The notes beneath the pieces were generated by a model. That model was not told the origin of the DNA. It did not search any database and saw only the letters and a program-made list of their open reading frames with translations. A stretch of 64,000 bases of DNA from Octopus sinensis (taxonomy: Eukaryota), in assembly GCF_006345805.1 (NCBI RefSeq), contig NC_043007.1:1364001-1428000 (forward strand), in the 5' to 3' direction. Both the position numbers and the translations under genes were made by a program. Positions 11,417 through 24,197 of the stretch are shown in pieces; the first letter of the stretch is position 1, and each line of letters opens with the position of its first letter.

Positions 11417-11613
11417 TTGTTGTGTCTGGGGAGAGTCATTCTCTTTTAGTGCCTTGTAATTTAACACACTCACTGGTAAAATTTCTGCTCATTTCCTTGG
11501 AAACGCAACGAAAATTTTAGAAAAATAAAGAAGGTAATGAATGGAAATTTTACCGGTGAGTGTGTTAAATGATAAGGCACTAAAAGAGAATGACTCTCCC
11601 CAGACACAACAAA
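11417..11613. repeat. Fold-back element with ~70-bp arms (11417-11485 / 11544-11613)
   Basis: TTGTTGTGTCTGGGGAGAGTCATTCTCTTTTAGTGCC... and its reverse complement, separated by a 58-nt spacer. Confidence 0.85.
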
Positions 11614-12299
11614 ATATGCTTCAACACACAAATTCACATAAAGAATCTTGCAAACCAAATCCCAAAATGAAATAATAATTCTCTGTTTCTGTAAATTCTA
11701 ATTGAACTTCTTTGCAAAATGTCAGGTTTGCCCAGATTTTTCTTCTGTTTAAATTTTCCTTTTTCTTTTGAATAGATCGCATCATAAGTTTTATCTGTAG
11801 AAATATTGTGATGTAACTCATGGTTGTATATGACCAGTTATGCTTACATAGAATTGGTTATGGTTATTTCCTCATTCATCTGGTTGCACTGTTTTCATGG
11901 ATTCCTGTGACTCTCTGTTGCCATCCAATTCTATTGTCCATCACATTCGGCAGGTCAGACGGATTGCAGTTTATCTTATCACAAATCTGCTTGATATAGA
12001 GAATTCATCTACGAAGCAATTGCCCCAGCTCCCCTTCAGGGTTGGCGAAAGTGATGTGGTGAACAACGAAAAACCTGGCTGATGACAGTCAAGGCTGATC
12101 TGGAACCCAACCTAAGCCCCCATATCTATGGCATTTGCCGCTGGAATAAGGAGTGGTTGGAGATCACTCGGTCGTTAGCCTCAAATCGCCAGGCCTGGTC
12201 GGCGTTTGTAAGAGATGCAGCATTGAGGATGAATGAAGTCAGCTCAACCAACCCTGGGTGAATGCTGCCTCAAGACAAGACAAGATATAGATCTTAGCT

Positions 12300-12545
12300 T
12301 GTTGTCCCCTGTTAGCTCTTTGTGTTGGCTCTCACGAAAGAACTTCGCTAACAGTTCCATCTTTAGCTCTCCAGCAATGTCCTGCAAATCTGACTCCACA
12401 CTCTTTGTTGGCGTCTGATACTGGATGAAGGTTCCCATACAATCTCTCGTTAGTTAAACAATTTCTCCAGATGATATTCGAAGCCTCTCTTAGCATGCGA
12501 GTGTAGGCTCCATCCAATCTTCTTATTTCTTTACTGCCCACAAGG
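12300..12545 (-). mobile_element. RTE-like LINE fragment (post-RT region)
   Basis: RRLDGAYTRMLR..NIIWRNCLTNERLYGNL...RFAGHCWR, homologous to the 37162-37668 ORF. Confidence 0.75.
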
Positions 12546-15500
12546 AGCTACACAGAGAGGGGACAAACAAGGACAGACAGACGGATTATCTAAAACAATT
12601 AGGGAAAGCATAGGACATACTGGAGGCACATGGCCTAGTGGTTAGAGCAGCAGACTCGTGGTCGAATCTCAGACCGAGCGATGTGTGTGTTTATGAGCGA
12701 AACACCTAAGCTCCATGCGGCTCTGGCAGAAGGTAATGGCGAACTTCTGCTGACTCTTTCGCCACAACTTTCTCTCACTCTTTCCACCTGCATCTTGCAG
12801 CTCACCTGCGACGGACCGGTGTCCTGTCCAGGTGGGGAACCTATACGCCAAGAAACCGGGAAACCGGCCCTTATGAGCCGGGCATGGCTCGAGAAAGAAC
12901 AAAAAAAAAAGAAAAGAATGGCTTAATTGGTTCTTCTATGATGTAATTGTAGAAAAAATATTTTCACTTTTGTAATATGTAAAATTTTCACCATCAACTC
13001 ATCATCAGTCAGTTAGGATATTATAAGAGGGAAAAGAATGGAGCAGGAAGCCGTGTGTGTTTGTGCTTACGTAATTTCGTATTCTGTGTTTTTTAGTCAA
13101 ATATTTCTTTTCTTTGCACTTTGCGTCAGTGTTGATTTCTTTCCAAAGTGAATTACTTCCCTTGCATTAAAATTTCAGATTCCAAACCTGCAATCTTCCT
13201 AAGAGGTTTATATTTTAACCCATCCATTGCCGATCGTCCGTTTAAACTGACCCTTAATTTATAAGGGTATAAAACAAATACTTGATACAAATCTTGATTT
13301 GTGTACGATCAGTATCAAAGAATAAAACAGGTTCTTAACACTATACAGTCTGTATTGAACGGATATCAATGAAATTCTTTTTAGTTGTTATTTAGGTTAA
13401 AATACAAGTATCTATAAAATTTCAGGCAATTTCATTCACTAGAAAAATTTTGGCACAAATGTGCTAATAGCAAGTGTAAGATTTCAAAAGTGTTTATTTC
13501 AACACAAAATGTTCGTTAAAGTGAAACAGATAAAAATTCATTTACAACTGTAAAAAAAAAATTTTTGACTTGCTGGGGTTGATTTGGCTGTGGGTTAAAA
13601 ACCTTGATTTTAAATTACATATTGTATCAAAATTTCATGCATTTACTTGCTAAATTAAGGAAGTTATTAAAAATTGAAACCCGTCAGTGACTTTCGGGAC
13701 ACCCTATATAAGTCACTTTCCTTTGTAAGATGGTCGACAGTGATTTGTGGAAAATTTGACTGTTGTTTCTAGCAGATTGAGTGACCACGCAGAGCCCCCA
13801 CTTCCCCTGGTTTGTGCAGCTTTTTGTTTTCTATTTAAAGTTTTTTTCTTTTTTGTCCGCAAACCAGAAACCTGATTTGGATGCTTGCATCAGAGCTTAC
13901 TGTTTTCAAGTACCTGGTGGTAGTGGTGGTGGTAGTGTTAAGATGAGTGATGAATTAAATCTAGCATCCAAGTTGACCATGGCAGGATTTGAACTCAGAA
14001 CACAAAGAACCAGATTAAGAACCCTAAGGCGTCCGGTCTGATGTTCTTACAAATCCATCAACCCACTGCCCTCCATTGGTGCTTATTTTATCAATCTTGG
14101 AAGGATAAAAGGCCAAGTTGACTTTGACTGGATTTGAACTCTGAGTGCAGAGTGTCAGAACAAACACTACGAGGCATTCAATCCAACACTGTTATCGCTA
14201 CCAATTTGTTGCCGCCACTGGCACAGGTATCACAACTACAATTTCCATTTGACAATTTTCAAAAAATCAAATGGAAATTGTAGTTGTGATACCTGTGTCG
14301 GTGGCACGTAAAATGCACCATCTGAATGTGGCCGATACCAGCGTCGCCTTGACTGGCCTCCATGCCAGTGGCACGTAAAAAGTACCAACCAATTGTGTCC
14401 GTTGCCAGCCTCGCCTGGCACCTGTGCCAGTGGCACGTAAAAGTACCCACTACACTCATGGAGTGGTTGGCGTTAGGAAGGGCATCCAGCTGTAGAAACA
14501 CTGCCAGATCAGACTGGAGCCTGGTGCAGCCTCCTGGCTTCCCAGACCCCGGTCGAAGCCGTCCAACCCTCTGTAGAGCAACACAACTGGCACTTATCTT
14601 AACAGCCCTGAATGAATGAAAGGCAAAGTTGACCTCGGTGGCATTTGAACCCAGAACATAAAGAGGGACGAAATGCTGCTGTGGTAACCATTCTGCCAAC
14701 TTGCTTCTTCATCCAACCTTAGAATAAAGGAAGTCTTATCTAACCATTGCTAGGATGGGAAAAGTGATGATGATGACAATGGGCTCAGCTTCAGAGCAGC
14801 ACATCCTTGCTTTGAATTTTGTGGTTCTGTTTTATTTTTTCCTGTTAAGGATGTAGTATTTGAATTGTCAAGAATCACTAACAACAGGCTTTATGGGTTA
14901 ATGCCCCAGGCTTCAGTGGAGTGTAGAAGTGAAGTAGTATGGTTCAATATTTATTATTGGATTTGCAGAAGAAGCAAAAAAAAAAACTAATAAAAATGTT
15001 TATCAATTTGTGTTGCAAGACTCCGAATGTGAAGTCGTGTGTTCAAACAAATATTGTTGTATTTTGGGACGGTCATTTTTTCTTCTTTTTTCTGCCAAAT
15101 ACACACACATGCTGTATATCCATTCTTCACTCGTTTGTTGCTGTTCTTGTTCTAATTCATGTCCATTGTTAAGGAAAATATGCTTTCATCAAAGTTGGTA
15201 TGGGCATGCAAAAAGCACCCATTACACTCTCTGAGAGGTTGGCATTAGGAAGAGCATCCAGCTGTAGAAACTTTGCCAGATCAGATTGGAACCTGATGCA
15301 GCCTTCTGGTTTGTGAGCCCTCAGTCAAACCGTCCAACCCATGCCAGCATGGAAAGCGGATGTTAAACGATGATGATGATCATCATTATAATCAATTAAG
15401 GCAGCAAGCTAGCAGAATCGTTACGGTGCCAGTTGAAATACTTAACGGCATTATTTCTGACTTTATTTTATTCTGAATTCAAATGCCTCTGGGATTGACT

Positions 15501-17479
15501 TGGCCTTTCATCCTTTCATTGTCGATAAAATAAGTACCAGTTGCATACTGGGGTCGATGTACTTTACTTACTCCCTCCCCTGGTGCCAAAATTTTAAATC
15601 AATATTTTTATAATCAATTATTAGTCACCATATATTCATCATGGGTTGATTTAGGGGTGATTTTAAAGAGATTTGGTTGCTATTTCTAGCAAGTCAAGTG
15701 ACCACATAGAAGCACCTTCATTGTCTTGTGTTATCCATGTCTATCTTTGTTGCTTTTCGGAGTTCCAGTTTATTTCTGTGAAGCTGCCAAAAGTGAAATG
15801 ACACATCAAGCGAGTTATCATATAATTTGTTTGTGTCAACTTCGTTTATGACTCCATTGAAGTTTACCTGTGATATCATCATCATCATCACCATCACCAT
15901 CACTCCTCTCCCCCTCCTCCCCCTCCTCTTCCACTCCCCCTTAAAATACAGTTGTGGATCCCCAGTTTACTATTTTGTTGTGTGGACCCCTAAAATCTTA
16001 TTTGGACCCTGGTTGAAAACCACTGATCTAACCACTAAAGCACACACACTAAAACACACACACACATACACAGAGCATCATTCAGTTTCCGTCTACCAAA
16101 TCCCTTCACAAAGGCTTAGGTCAGTTTAGGGCTAAAGTAGAAGACACTTGACCAAGGTGCTGTGTAGTAGGACTGAACCCAGAACCATGTGGTTGGGAAG
16201 CAGACTTCTTAACCACACACCCACTCCTGCACTTATAAGTTTTAAGAAATAAGTTTTACAAACAGTCTTGGATTCTGCAGAGTTTTGATTTGTTTAAATT
16301 CCTCGATGCTGCAGTTGTCAAACTTTTATAACAGATCCTTGTTGATTTGTCTTTTTAAGAAGTCGACAGTTCTTATTCTCAATAAACAGAAAAAAAAACA
16401 ATATCTTTGGTCTTTGTCAACTTAAGGATAAGAAGCGCAGTCGATAAAAAGAAAGAATTTGCTTTTACAAGTGTGTGTGTGTTTTATATATGGATGTGTG
16501 TGTGTAGGTACGTGTGTGAGTATGTGTAGGTATATATGTATGTATGTATAAGTAGATACATATGCATGTATATATATATATATGTATATATAGGTATGTA
16601 TGTGTAGATATAGAGATGTATGTACAGAGGCATGTGTATATATACATATATATTATGTACTGTCATACACACACACATAATATATATGTGTGTTTGTGTG
16701 TGTATATACATCTATTCAGATCACCCTCTTTCTCTCTTTCTCTCTCTCTCTCTATATATATATATAGAGAGATAGAGAGAGAGTGATCTGAATAGATGTA
16801 TGTATGGATATGTATATATACATGTAGTCATCGATAAATAGATGTGTATATATATATTTATAGAAATTGATAGATAGATAAACAGACAGACAGATAGATA
16901 GATAAAAATCTATAGATAATGATATGTTGATGTTCATGATGTGTATGTGTGCATAAATACATACCTGTGTATGTATGGATGTTGTTATTCCATTTTGTAT
17001 CTGTTATATATATCTACTAAGGCTGTAATATCTGAATTGTCAACTATTATTAACAATAGGCTCATAGGGTTAATGCCCTGGGCTTCTGTGAAGTCGGGAA
17101 GTGAAGTAGTATTGTTCAGTATTTGATTTTGGACTGGCAGAACGAAAAGAAGAAGAAGAAGAATAAAAAATGTTTTTGGAAAATATGCTTTCAACAAAGT
17201 TTGTATTGCAAATCCTTATGATCAATTTTAGTCACCGTGTATTTTGTTTGTTTGTTGATATAAAGTCTGTTTTTCCTTGCCGGCATGGGTTAGATGGAGA
17301 GTTATCATCATCATCATCATCATCATCATCGTTTAACGTCCGCTTTCCATGCTAGCATGGGTTGGATGGTTCGACTGGGGTCTGGGAAGCCAGGCGGCTG
17401 CACCAGGCTCCAGTCTGATCTGGCTGTGTTTCTACAGCTGGATGCCCTTCCTAACACCAACCACTCCGTGAATGTAGTG

Positions 17480-20178
17480 GGTGCTTTTCACGTGCCACCG
17501 GCACAGGGGCCAGAAGAGGCTGGCAACAGCCATGATCGGTTGGTGCTTTTTACATTCCACCGGCACAGGGGCCAGAGGAGGCTGGCAACAGCCACGATCG
17601 GTTGGTGCTTTTTACGTGCCACCGGCACAGGGGCCAGAGGAGGCTGGCAACAGCCACGATCGGTTGGTGCTTTTTACGTGCCACCAGCACAGGGGCCAGA
17701 GGAGGCTGGCAACAGCCACGATCGGTTGGTGCTTTTTACATGCCACCGGCACAGGGGCCAGAGGAGGCTGGCAACAGCCACGATCGGTTGGTGCTTTTTA
17801 CATGCCACCAGCACAGGGGCCAGAGGAGGCTGGCAACAGCCACGATCGGTTGGTGCTTTTTACGTGCCACCGGCACAGGGGCCAGACGAGGCTGGCAACA
17901 GCCACGATCGGTTGGTGCTTTTTGCATGCCACCGGCACAGGGGCCAGGTGAGGCTGGCAACAGCCACGATCGGTTGGTGCTTTTTACGTGCCACCAGCAC
18001 AGGGGCCAGACGAGGCTGGCAACAGCCACGATCGGTTGGTGCTTTTTACATGCCACCGGCACAGGGGCCAGGTGAGGCTGGCAACAGCCACGATCGGTTG
18101 GTGCTTTTTACATGCCACCAGCACAGGGGCCAGACGAGGCTGGCAACAGCCACGATCGGTTGGTGCTTTTTACATGCCACCGGCACAGGGGCCAGGTGAG
18201 GCTGGCAACAGCCACGATCGGTTGGTGCTTTTTACATGCCACCGGCACAGGGGCCAGGTGAGGCTGGCAACAGCCACGATCGGTTGGTGCTTTTTACGTG
18301 CCACCAGCACAGGGGCCAGACGAGGCTGGCAACAGCCATGATCGGTTGGTGCTTTTTACGTGCCACCAGCACAGGGACCAGAGGAGGCTGGCAACAGCCA
18401 TGATCGGTTGGTGCTTTTTACATGCCACCGGCACAGGGGCCAGGTGAGGCTGGCAACAGCCACGATCGGTTGGTGCTTTTTACATGCCACCAGCACAGGG
18501 GCCAGACGAGGCTGGCAACAGCCACGATCGGTTGGTGCTTTTTACGTGCCACCAGCACAGGGGCCAGACGAGGCTGGCAACAGCCATGATCGGTTGGTGC
18601 TTTTTACATGCCACCAGCACAGGGGCCAGAGGAGGCTGGCAACAGCCACGATCGGTTGGTGCTTTTTACATGCCACCAGCACAGGGGCCAGAGGAGGCTG
18701 GCAACAGCCATGATCGGTTGGTGCTTTTTACGTGCCACCAGCACAGGGGCCAGAGGAGGCTGGCAACAGCCACGATCGGTTGGTGCTTTTTACATGCCAC
18801 CGGCACAGGGGCCAGGTGAGGCTGGCAACAGCCACGATCGGTTGGTGCTTTTTACGTGCTACCAGCACAGGGGCCAGACGAGGCTGGCAACAGCCACGAT
18901 CGGTTGGTGCTTTTTACATGCCACCGGCACAGGGGCCAGAGGAGGCTGGCAACAGCCACGATCGGTTGGTGCTTTTTACATGCCACCAGCACAGGGGCCA
19001 GGTGAGGCTGGCAACAGCCACGATCGGTTGGTGCTTTTTACGTGCCACCGGCACAGGGGCCAGAGGAGGCTGGCAACAGCCACGATCGGTTGGTGCTTTT
19101 TACATGCCACCGGCACAGGGGCCAGGTGAGGCTGGCAACAGCCACGATCGGTTGGTGCTTTTTACGTGCCACCGGCACAGGGGCCAGAGGAGGCTGGCAA
19201 CAGCCACGATCGGTTGGTGCTTTTTACGTGCCACCAGCACAGGGGCCAGAGGAGGCTGGCAACAGCCACGATCGGTTGGTGCTTTTTACATGCCACCGGC
19301 ACAGGGGCCAGGTGAGGCTGGCAACAGCCACGATCGGTTGGTGCTTTTTACGTGCCACCGGCACAGGGGCCAGACGAGGCTGGCAACAGCCACGATCGGT
19401 TGGTGCTTTTTACGTGCTACCAGCACAGGGGCCAGACGAGGCTGGCAACAGCCATGATCGGTTGGTGCTTTTTACGTGCTACCAGCACAGGGGCCAGACG
19501 AGGCTGGCAACAGCCATGATCGGTTGGTGCTTTTTACATGCCACCAGCACAGGGGCCAGACGAGGCTGGCAACAGCCACGATTGGTTGGTGCTTTTTACG
19601 TGCTACCAGCACAGGGGCCAGAGGAGGCTGGCAACTGCCACGATCGGTTGGTGCTTTTTACGTGCCACCAGCACAGGGGCCAGAGGAGGCTGGCAACAGC
19701 CACGAGCGGTTGGTGCTTTTTACATGCCACCGGCACAGGGGCCAGAGGAGGCTGGCAACAGCCACGATCGGTTGGTGCTTTTTACGTGCCACCGGCACAG
19801 GGGCCAGACGAGGCTGGCAACAGCCACGATCGGTTGGTGCTTTTTGCATGCCACCGGCACAGGGGCCAGACGAGGCTGGCAACAGCCACGATCGGTTGGT
19901 GCTTTTTACGTGCCACCGGCACAGGGGCCAGAGGAGGCTGGCAACGGCCACGATTGGTTGGTGCTTTTTACGTGCCACCGGCACAGGGGCCAGAGGAGGC
20001 TGGCAACAGCCACGATTGGTTGGTGCTTTTTACGTGCCACCGGCACGTGGGCCAGAGGAGGCTGGCAACAGCCACGATTGGTTGGTGATTTTTACGTGCC
20101 ACCGGCACAGGGGCCGGAGGAGGCTGGCAACAGTCACGATTGGTTGGTGATTTTTACGTGCCACTGGCACGGAGGCTA
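17480..20178. repeat. 62-bp GC/CpG-rich minisatellite, about 43 units, expanded from the SINE A module
   Basis: Unit GGTGCTTTTTACGTGCCACCGGCACAGGGGCCAGAGGAGGCTGGCAACAGCCACGATCGGTT, contiguous with the SINE body at 17300-17480. Confidence 0.97.
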
Positions 20179-21550
20179 GTCGGAAGGATTATGATTATGG
20201 ATGGATGCTCTTCCTGTCATTAACTCTTACTTCGTTTGTAAGTCAGGAGTGTTACAGATTTTTTTGTTTTTTGTATTTCCTGCAGAATTTAGAGTGAAGG
20301 TGCATATAGCTAATGAATGGACTATTGAGAGGAAATGGGAACAGACTCCATGGGTTGCAGCCACAAAAGTGGATGGCACTGTCTGTGGCTGTAACTCAGT
20401 CCACATTACTCTTTACTCTTTTACTTGTTTCAATCATTTGACTGCGGCCATGCTGGAGCACCGCTTTTAGTTGAGCAAATCGACCCCCAGGACTTATTCT
20501 TTGGAAGCCCAGTACTTATTCTATCAGTCTCTTTTGCTGAACCACCAAGTTACAGGGACGTAAAGACACCAGCATTGGTTGTCAAGCGATGTTGGGGACA
20601 AACACTGGCACACAAACATATACACACACATACATATATATACATATATACGACAGGCTTCTTTCAGTTTCCGTCTACCAAATCCACTCACAAGGGCTTG
20701 ATCGGCTCGCGGCTATAGTAGAAGACACTTGCCCAAAGTGTCACGCAGTGGGATTGAACCCGGAACCATGTGGTTGGTAAGCAAGCTACTTACCACACAG
20801 CCACTCCTGCACCTACATTGTAAATATTTATACAGACACAGACCCTACCACACGCACACATGTATAAGACTGTTGATAAGGAGTTTGCAAATCCAGTCCC
20901 CAAGGTACACTTTCTGCTTCATATCCATTATTCTTGGAGCAGCAGGACACACACCAACCAGTCTGGAGCAAAGTATGGCTGATTTTTGGAATCTTGGGGA
21001 GACTATGCGAATCCTTAATTCATAAGCTATAAATGATCACGATATCTGGGACTGTAAAAATCTGCAAGCCCTTGTACATACACACGCTCATACATGCATG
21101 CATTCACACACACTTACACACATACATACATACATAAACACATACATACATGCAGACACATGCACACACACATACATACACAGGCATGCATACATACGTG
21201 CATACATACACACACATACACACCTGCATACATACATGCATACATATATACACATACATACACACATTGACACATACATATATACATAAGCACATGCATA
21301 CATGCACATACATACATACATACATACATACATACATACATACACATAAACACATACAGACACACATACATACATACACACATTATACATTGCAGCTCCT
21401 TCTGATCATTTTTCCCCTTTTTCTTTTTTGAATAGCTATGCAGGTCCCTCTGCAGGAAGCTGCTCTGCCACCCCCAGCACCTCATAGTAATCCCCTCATC
21501 CCCTAGCATGGAGGTGACCCTGCACCCACCTCCCTCAGAGCTTATATGTA

Positions 21551-22408
21551 CAGGGTGCAGTGAATAAACTGTCGTCTAAATTACGCAAAAGTGAAAATAA
21601 CACTGACATCTCATTTTAACAAATATATTTACCAAAATTACAAAAGAATATCTTAAAATACTAAAGAGTAAATTTATTCAATAAAATCGCCATTGGCTTC
21701 AATCACAGCCTCCAAACGACTTTGGAATCTCCTGCAACTTTTCTGGACGGTCTCCTTGTTTAAGTTGGTGAATGCTGCCATAATCCTTGCCTTCAGTTCT
21801 TCTTTGCTGTTACAGGGAGTTTTGTTGGTCTCTTGCTCAACTGTGCCCCACACATGATAATCAAGGGGGTTGCAATGTGGGGAGTTAGGTGACCAGATGT
21901 TAGGGGTGATGTGGTTGCAGAAATTGTCTGACAGCCACGACTGGGACCTCGTGTTTATGTGGCATGGTGCAGGGTCCTGTTGCCAGATATAGGGTCTTCC
22001 AGCAGCCTACCTCTTGACCCGGGGCAGCACTACCTCCTCTGAACACTTGATGTAGGCCTCTGTGTTGAGTCTGAGGCCATGTGGGAAGATGAATGGAGGC
22101 ATAATATCACCAAAATAGTGATCTCTCCAAACACCATGATGTTGACTGGATGTTTGATTTTTATCATCTTTGATACATGTTCGTATTCACACATGTTCAT
22201 ATTGGAGCTTCCTGCATGAATGCCAAGCAGTACAGCATGTCATTTCCAAATTTCTGGCAGAGTGAATTGCGTGATGTTGCTATTTTTTCTCACAGACGGT
22301 GCCCAACTGACCCTACTATACTGTGCAGTTGTCAAAATCAAAAACAAACAATGCACATGCACAAAATTAAAAATATATAATTGCCGACAATTTACCCATC
22401 GCACCCCT
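21551..22408 (-). mobile_element. Internally deleted maT/DD37D Tc1-mariner element
   Basis: Minus strand gives ..WQQDPAPCH...IWSPNSPHCNPLDYHVWG...RLEAVIEANGDFIE*, with 37 residues between the second and third Asp. Degenerate TIRs GGGTGC..TG..TAAA.TGTCG are at both ends, with TA on the left. Confidence 0.85.
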
Positions 22409-23517
22409 TTTGTGTGTGTGTGTGCATGTGTGTGTGTGTGTGTGTGTGTGCATATAGTCTGATGATGGTTAGCAAACCAAAACTTCAATTCACGATCAGT
22501 ATTTCATTTGTAAACATTTATAAATATGGCACTTAACTAAAAAGTATTTAGCGATCTTTCAAGTCAGTATTTGACTACTTTTATACATAACTTTATATTA
22601 AACCAATCCTTTATATACATACGTACATATGTGTGTGTGTGTGTGTGTAAGTGTCTTGTTTGATATGTAAGGAAGGAATTGGTTGGAATTAATTGTAATC
22701 TAGTGAATGGTATTGATTGGTGCCTAAACAGTAAGATCCGTTGAAGATTTATGCATTTACGTAATCTCAGAAACTGCAATATAACCATCCCTGTTAGCTA
22801 CCAGCGTTTGAATTATCAACAGCGCTTAGAAGTTCTTGCATCTATTTGCCCCAACAGAATATGTCTTTATAAATGAAAAGTTATCTATGCTGTTGGAAGT
22901 GGTGTGTTATAGAGCCATGAAAATTGGCCTGCAAGATCTGCGGTGTTGTTGTTGTTGGTGTCATTTAGCTTTAGGTCTACCTACTTTGAACGTATCTATG
23001 ATCAAAAAATGCCCCGGCTTTGATTGGTCATCCTGTCTTCTTAGTATATCCAGGCATACATTGTCTAATGTGTCCGTCAATTTTTAAATCAGCAGGGTTT
23101 GATTTCAGCAAGATTTGACTGCTATTTCTAACAGCTTGAGCAACCATATAGAGGCTTCTTCCTTGGTTTGTCCTGCATTGTTTGAAAAATGATGGTGATT
23201 GGTCCTTTGGATGGCATGAGGCAAAATAAAAATGATGCATTGCCAAGCTGGAGCTTTTTCTTTTTCCTTTTTATTATTCATGGTTATTACTAATAAAACC
23301 ATTCAAATGGTGATTTTAATTACAAAGACTGAGGTTATGTTCATGATGATGGTGGTGGTAGTGGTTGTAATGTCCTACAGTTATGACCGTGTGGGTCACA
23401 TGTTTTCCTCACAACGATATGCATCTGCATTCGGTCCTTCTCAGGTATCCTGGGCAGATGTTTTATGCCACAAGCTTTGGCTAGCCAATGCCCAAGTCTG
23501 TCGAATGGAATTCGGTA

Positions 23518-23566
<49 letters not shown>

Positions 23567-23724
23567 ATTGAAGTAAGCAACAAGAATTACCGAATATATT
23601 CTTGTTGCTTACTTTGATTATAATCACCCCATAGATTTATATAGATAACACCGTACAAAATTCTGTTGCATCTGACTTAAGTCCCATATTCATTTGAATC
23701 TAAATTTTGCTGAAAATATATATC

Positions 23725-24185
23725 ATCATCATCATTTAGCGTCCGTTCTCCATGCTAGCATGGGTTGGACGGTACAACTGGAGTCTGTGAAGCTGGAAGG
23801 CTTCATCAGGCCCAGTCAGATCTGGCAGTGTTTCTACGGCTGGATGCCCTTCCTAACGCCAACCACTCCGTGAGTGTAGTGGGTGCTTTTTACGTGCCAC
23901 CCGCACAGGTGCCAGACAGAGCTGGCAAACGGCCACGAACGGATGGTGCTTTTACGTGTCACCGGCACGGGGCCAGGCGAGGCTGGCAACGGACACGAAC
24001 GGATGGTGCTTTTACGTGCCACCAACACGGGGGCCAGACAGAGCTGGCAAACGGCCACGAAACGGATGGTGCTTTTACGTGTCACCGGCACGGGGGCCAG
24101 GCGAGGCTGGCAACGGGCACGAACGGATGGTGCTTTTACATGCCACCGACACGGGGGCCAGACAGGGCTGGCAAACGGCCACGAA
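23725..24185 (-). mobile_element. SINE A copy with 5 tandem modules, largely alternating two types
   Basis: Modules of about 60-63 bp carry loops ACAGAG/ACAGGG versus GCGAGG between GCCAG and CTGGC. Confidence 0.8.
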
Positions 24186-24197
24186 ATATATATATAT

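Noticed and set aside
17294-20179. Long ORFs (up to 348 aa) across the 62-bp array, and CRISPR-like appearance
   Set aside because: The ORFs are a by-product of a nearly stop-free GC-rich unit cycling through frames (62-aa period). There are no unique spacers and no cas genes, and the context is eukaryotic.
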